Below are positions 59,661 through 62,541 of a stretch of 62,541 bases of DNA, in pieces. The DNA is from an uncultured Bacteroidota bacterium (GTDB taxonomy: Bacteria; Bacteroidota; Bacteroidia; UKL13-3). The position numbers and the translations under genes are program-made. Location of the stretch: positions 1 to 62,541 of the forward strand of contig CAILJQ010000115.1 of assembly GCA_903834625.1 (NCBI GenBank), written 5' to 3'. The stretch's first letter is position 1. Each line of letters starts with the position of its first letter. Below the pieces are notes generated by a model that was not told the origin of the DNA, did not search any database, and saw only the letters and a program-made list of their open reading frames with translations.

Positions 59661-60260
59661 TTATTTTTTCTTACCTGATTTTTCTTTCTCCTCTGCTTTT
59701 GCAGCTTCTTGAGCGGCACGGGTAGTATTAACACTTACCACAGGGTTATTTGGCGAATCTAATAAGGTAATTCCAGCGGTTGAAGCAATGTCTGCAACTT
59801 TAATGGACTTACCTATTTCTAAAGTATCAATGTTTACTTCAATAAAATCTGGTAATTGCGAAGGAAGGGCTTTAACTCTTAATTTCTTTGATTTTACAAC
59901 CAATTTACCCCCTTGACGAACACCAATTGAATTACCAACTAATTTCACTGGAATACCAATTTCAACGGCTTTGTCTTCATGAATTTCTAAGAAATCTGCA
60001 TGAACGATAGAATCGTTTACTGGATGGAATTGGATATCTTTCAAAATGGCACGGTATTCTTTACCATCGATGTCTAATTTTACTTTGTAAGTATTTGGTG
60101 TATAAACCAATAACTTAAAATCTGGTTCATAAACAGAGAAGTGTACGTGGTCTGTACCACCATATATTACACATGGAACTTTACCTTCTTCTCTTAAGGC
60201 TTTTGTAGATACTTTGCCAACATCTGTTCTGGCGTGACCGAATAATGCTACTGATTTCAT
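59661..60260 (-). CDS. rplY: 50S ribosomal protein L25/Ctc
   Basis: R..GK..LR..GKVPCVIYG, QFHPV...HADF, IGVRQGG. Confidence 0.96.
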   Translation of the reverse strand: MKSVALFGHARTDVGKVSTKALREEGKVPCVIYGGTDHVHFSVYEPDFKLLVYTPNTYKVKLDIDGKEYRAILKDIQFHPVNDSIVHADFLEIHEDKAVEIGIPVKLVGNSIGVRQGGKLVVKSKKLRVKALPSQLPDFIEVNIDTLEIGKSIKVADIASTAGITLLDSPNNPVVSVNTTRAAQEAAKAEEKEKSGKKK

Positions 60261-60346
60261 CTTTTTATTGTTTTAATTTATTGTTGTTTATTTCATCACA
60301 AGGGCGCACAATGAACCCACAAGAGGTTTCATGATTGCCTTACTTG

Positions 60347-61294
60347 TTATTTATTTAAATCGAAAAGGCTTGAGATAGAGCCATGTTCGGTGATATTGCG
60401 AATGGCGTCTGCAAATAATTGGGCAACGGATAATTGCTTAATTTTTGAATCGGTTCGAACCAAAGGAATGGTATTACATACAACCAACTCATCGAGCACA
60501 CTGTTCTCAATGTTTTCGTATGCTTTGCCGCTCAATACGGGGTGAGTACACATAGCTCTTACGCTGGTGGCACCTTTGTCTTTTATCAATTGGGCTGCTT
60601 TGGCAAGTGTGTTACCGGTATCAATAATATCATCTACCATTAATACATCTTTTCCGGTTACATCTCCAATAAGGGTCATAGAGGCAATTTCATTTGCCCT
60701 TCTACGCTCTTTATCTACAATAACCATGTCACAACCCAATGCTTTGGCATAAGTTCTGGCACGGGCAGATGAACCCATATCTGGGGAAGCAATCATAATA
60801 TTGCTACCCATATTTAGGCTCTTCATATATGGAAGAAATATAACTGCTGGATCTAGGTGGTCAACAGGTACCTCAAAGAAACCTTGAATTTGTGGAGCAT
60901 GAAGGTCCATGGTAATAACCCTGCTAGCACCTGCAACGGTAAGCATATCAGCCACTACTTTTGAACCAATAGAAACCCTAGGTTTGTCTTTTCTATCTTG
61001 CCTAGCCATTCCAAAATATGGAATAACCGCAGTAATATAATGCGCTGATGCTCTTTTCGCAGCATCAATCATGAGCAAGAGCTCCATTAAATTATCTGTG
61101 TTGGCAAAGGTGCTTTGAATAAGGAAAACATCACAACCGCGAACAGATTCATTGAAACTAGGTTGGAATTCTCCATCACTGAAATAGGAAATAGTGCAAT
61201 CACCGAGTGGTACACCATATGCTTTTGCAATTTCCTCTGCAAGATACTTTGATCGTGTACCTGAGAAAATCTTTACTTCGTTTTTAACCGCCAT
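60347..61294 (-). CDS. prs: Ribose-phosphate pyrophosphokinase
   Basis: FSDGE, ARQDRK, DLHA.QIQGFF, VDDIIDTG.TL. Confidence 0.97.
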   Translation of the reverse strand: MAVKNEVKIFSGTRSKYLAEEIAKAYGVPLGDCTISYFSDGEFQPSFNESVRGCDVFLIQSTFANTDNLMELLLMIDAAKRASAHYITAVIPYFGMARQDRKDKPRVSIGSKVVADMLTVAGASRVITMDLHAPQIQGFFEVPVDHLDPAVIFLPYMKSLNMGSNIMIASPDMGSSARARTYAKALGCDMVIVDKERRRANEIASMTLIGDVTGKDVLMVDDIIDTGNTLAKAAQLIKDKGATSVRAMCTHPVLSGKAYENIENSVLDELVVCNTIPLVRTDSKIKQLSVAQLFADAIRNITEHGSISSLFDLNK

Positions 61295-61337
61295 AAGATT
61301 GTATTTAACTGCTTTTGAGGCAGTATGAAAAAATTTG

Positions 61338-61410
61338 TTGACCGACTAGGGCTCGAACCTAGACTCCTCTGAACCAAAATCAGATGTGTTGCCAGTTACA
61401 CCATCGGTCA
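61338..61410 (-). tRNA. tRNA-Gln (TTG), CCA not encoded
   Basis: TGACCGATGGTGTAACTGGCAACACATCTGATTTTGGTTCAGAGGAGTCTAGGTTCGAGCCCTAGTCGGTCAA folds as a cloverleaf with U1-A72 and a GTTCGA T-loop. Confidence 0.96.
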
Positions 61411-61422
61411 ATTCGGGGAGCG

Positions 61423-61430
61423 CAAAGGTA
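61423..61430 (-). promoter_or_regulatory. -7 box (TACCTTTG) for tRNA-Gln/prs
   Basis: Exact TAnnTTTG 12 nt upstream of the tRNA. Confidence 0.65.
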
Positions 61431-61582
61431 GAACTTTTCAATAAAAAGTAAAGCCCTTGGCTAATTTTTTTTAAAATATTGCAGAATGGCTTGTTTATTC
61501 TGATTGAATATTCCTCCAAATTTTGTGAGAATGTGCAAAATTAGCCAAAGGGGTTCAAGGTGAATGTATGACCTTTGTATGG

Positions 61583-62541
61583 ATGGATGTTTTTTGTATT
61601 GGTTTGATTTTCAGTAGAGATCAGTATCGATACCGCACCTATGCTTTGCAATATGCAGAGGCATTGTTGCGGTTGCAGAAACATATTGCCATTTTTTCTC
61701 CGGGATGGATAGAAATTAGAAATGAATTATTGGTGCGGTTTCGCGACCATTCAGATAGAATTCATTGTTTTCCTATAGAAGAGAGTCAGGGTCAGGTGCC
61801 AGATGGAAACTTTTCCTTTTTGGTTCGGAACATAAAACTTACGCGCACCCTTCATCAGGCAGAACGCAGCATGAAAACAAAAATCGACTTTGTTTTCTTT
61901 GCGCCCGTAGATGATTGGATCAAACCGAAAATAGGAAAAAAAGTATTTGAGCTAACGTTCCCTTATTTCTGGAGTGGTATTATAACCCAGACCCAAGACT
62001 TTGAGGGTGAAACTTTGCCACTAAATATTGACCCAAAGTTTGGAGATATAGACTACCTCTTTACTTCTGAGAAATGCGTGGGTGTTGCCACTTTGGATAG
62101 GTTTAATTCTGAAAACTTAAAAAGTAGGGTATATAAAAAAGTAGTGGTAATGCCAGATGTAAGTGATTTGAGTTTGCCATCAACACAATTAAAGGTTAGC
62201 GAGCAAATAAAAAAGATGGCGCGAGACAGAATGGTGGTTGGTACCATATTATTAGAAGATGAAAACCCTGAAAACTTCTTGTCGCTTGCACTAACTGCCG
62301 CACCCGATGCCTATTTTTTTGTTTGCGCGGGCAAATTGGAGCCTGAAAATTTAAATGAGAAAACGCGGGAATTATTAAATGAATTATTGATTTCTGGTAG
62401 GCAAAACAATTACTTTGTTTTGGAAGATTTTGAAGACAGTCAGTCAATTAATGATTTGGTTCGAACCTTTGATGTTTGTTATTTAAACGATGGTAGTTTT
62501 CAAATGCCACACCCTCTACTTACCAAAGCCGCCTGGTTTTC
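61583..62541 (+). CDS. Glycosyltransferase-like (GT-B fold) protein, runs off the window edge
   Basis: Not in the ORF track. Open frame from ATG 61568/61583 to the end: MDVFCIG...IDFVFFAPVDDW...YFWSG...VVVMPDVSD...YFFVCAGKL...FDVCYL...LLTKAAWF. Confidence 0.6.
   Translation, partial: MDVFCIGLIFSRDQYRYRTYALQYAEALLRLQKHIAIFSPGWIEIRNELLVRFRDHSDRIHCFPIEESQGQVPDGNFSFLVRNIKLTRTLHQAERSMKTKIDFVFFAPVDDWIKPKIGKKVFELTFPYFWSGIITQTQDFEGETLPLNIDPKFGDIDYLFTSEKCVGVATLDRFNSENLKSRVYKKVVVMPDVSDLSLPSTQLKVSEQIKKMARDRMVVGTILLEDENPENFLSLALTAAPDAYFFVCAGKLEPENLNEKTRELLNELLISGRQNNYFVLEDFEDSQSINDLVRTFDVCYLNDGSFQMPHPLLTKAAWF

Noticed and set aside
61338-61410. tRNA-Gln as an integration site for an island
   Set aside because: No integrase and no duplicated tRNA 3' end seen; prs follows directly
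62053-62447. Two minus-strand ORFs at the window end
   Set aside because: Antisense to the long plus-strand GT-like frame

Overview
AT-rich chromosomal segment from a Bacteroidota bacterium, judged from the TAnnTTTG -7 promoter boxes, T9SS type-A C-terminal domains and gene content. It is mostly core housekeeping DNA: crtZ/cruF, ALDH7, M1 peptidase, TPR-comA-yqeY-LOG-maeB, rimP-nusA-infB, prolyl oligopeptidase, sodA, tadA, aspS, ppx, two FKBPs, nrnA, ndk, cysS, pth, rplY, prs and tRNA-Gln(TTG). I found no transposase, integrase, prophage, CRISPR array or rRNA. Three accessory blocks stand out. (1) A putative copper/metal-handling cluster at 12.8-18.3 kb: MbnP-like WxW protein, MbnH/MauG-type diheme enzyme, T9SS-secreted YHYH protein, divergent Cys-tailed protein and HupE/UreJ permease. 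(2) A surface-protein block at 37.4-51.6 kb: two paralogous T9SS cargo proteins with double beta-propellers and 4 FN3-like repeats each, a lipoprotein, and a DUF5723-TSP3 protein lacking OmpA. (3) An OMP plus lipoprotein pair sitting between rplY and pth. Non-coding candidates are a switch-like structured RNA between nusA and infB and a terminator-type leader before rimP; there is also a PID-CTERM micro-protein. All family calls come from motif recognition by eye, with no database search, and the RNA structures were folded by hand.
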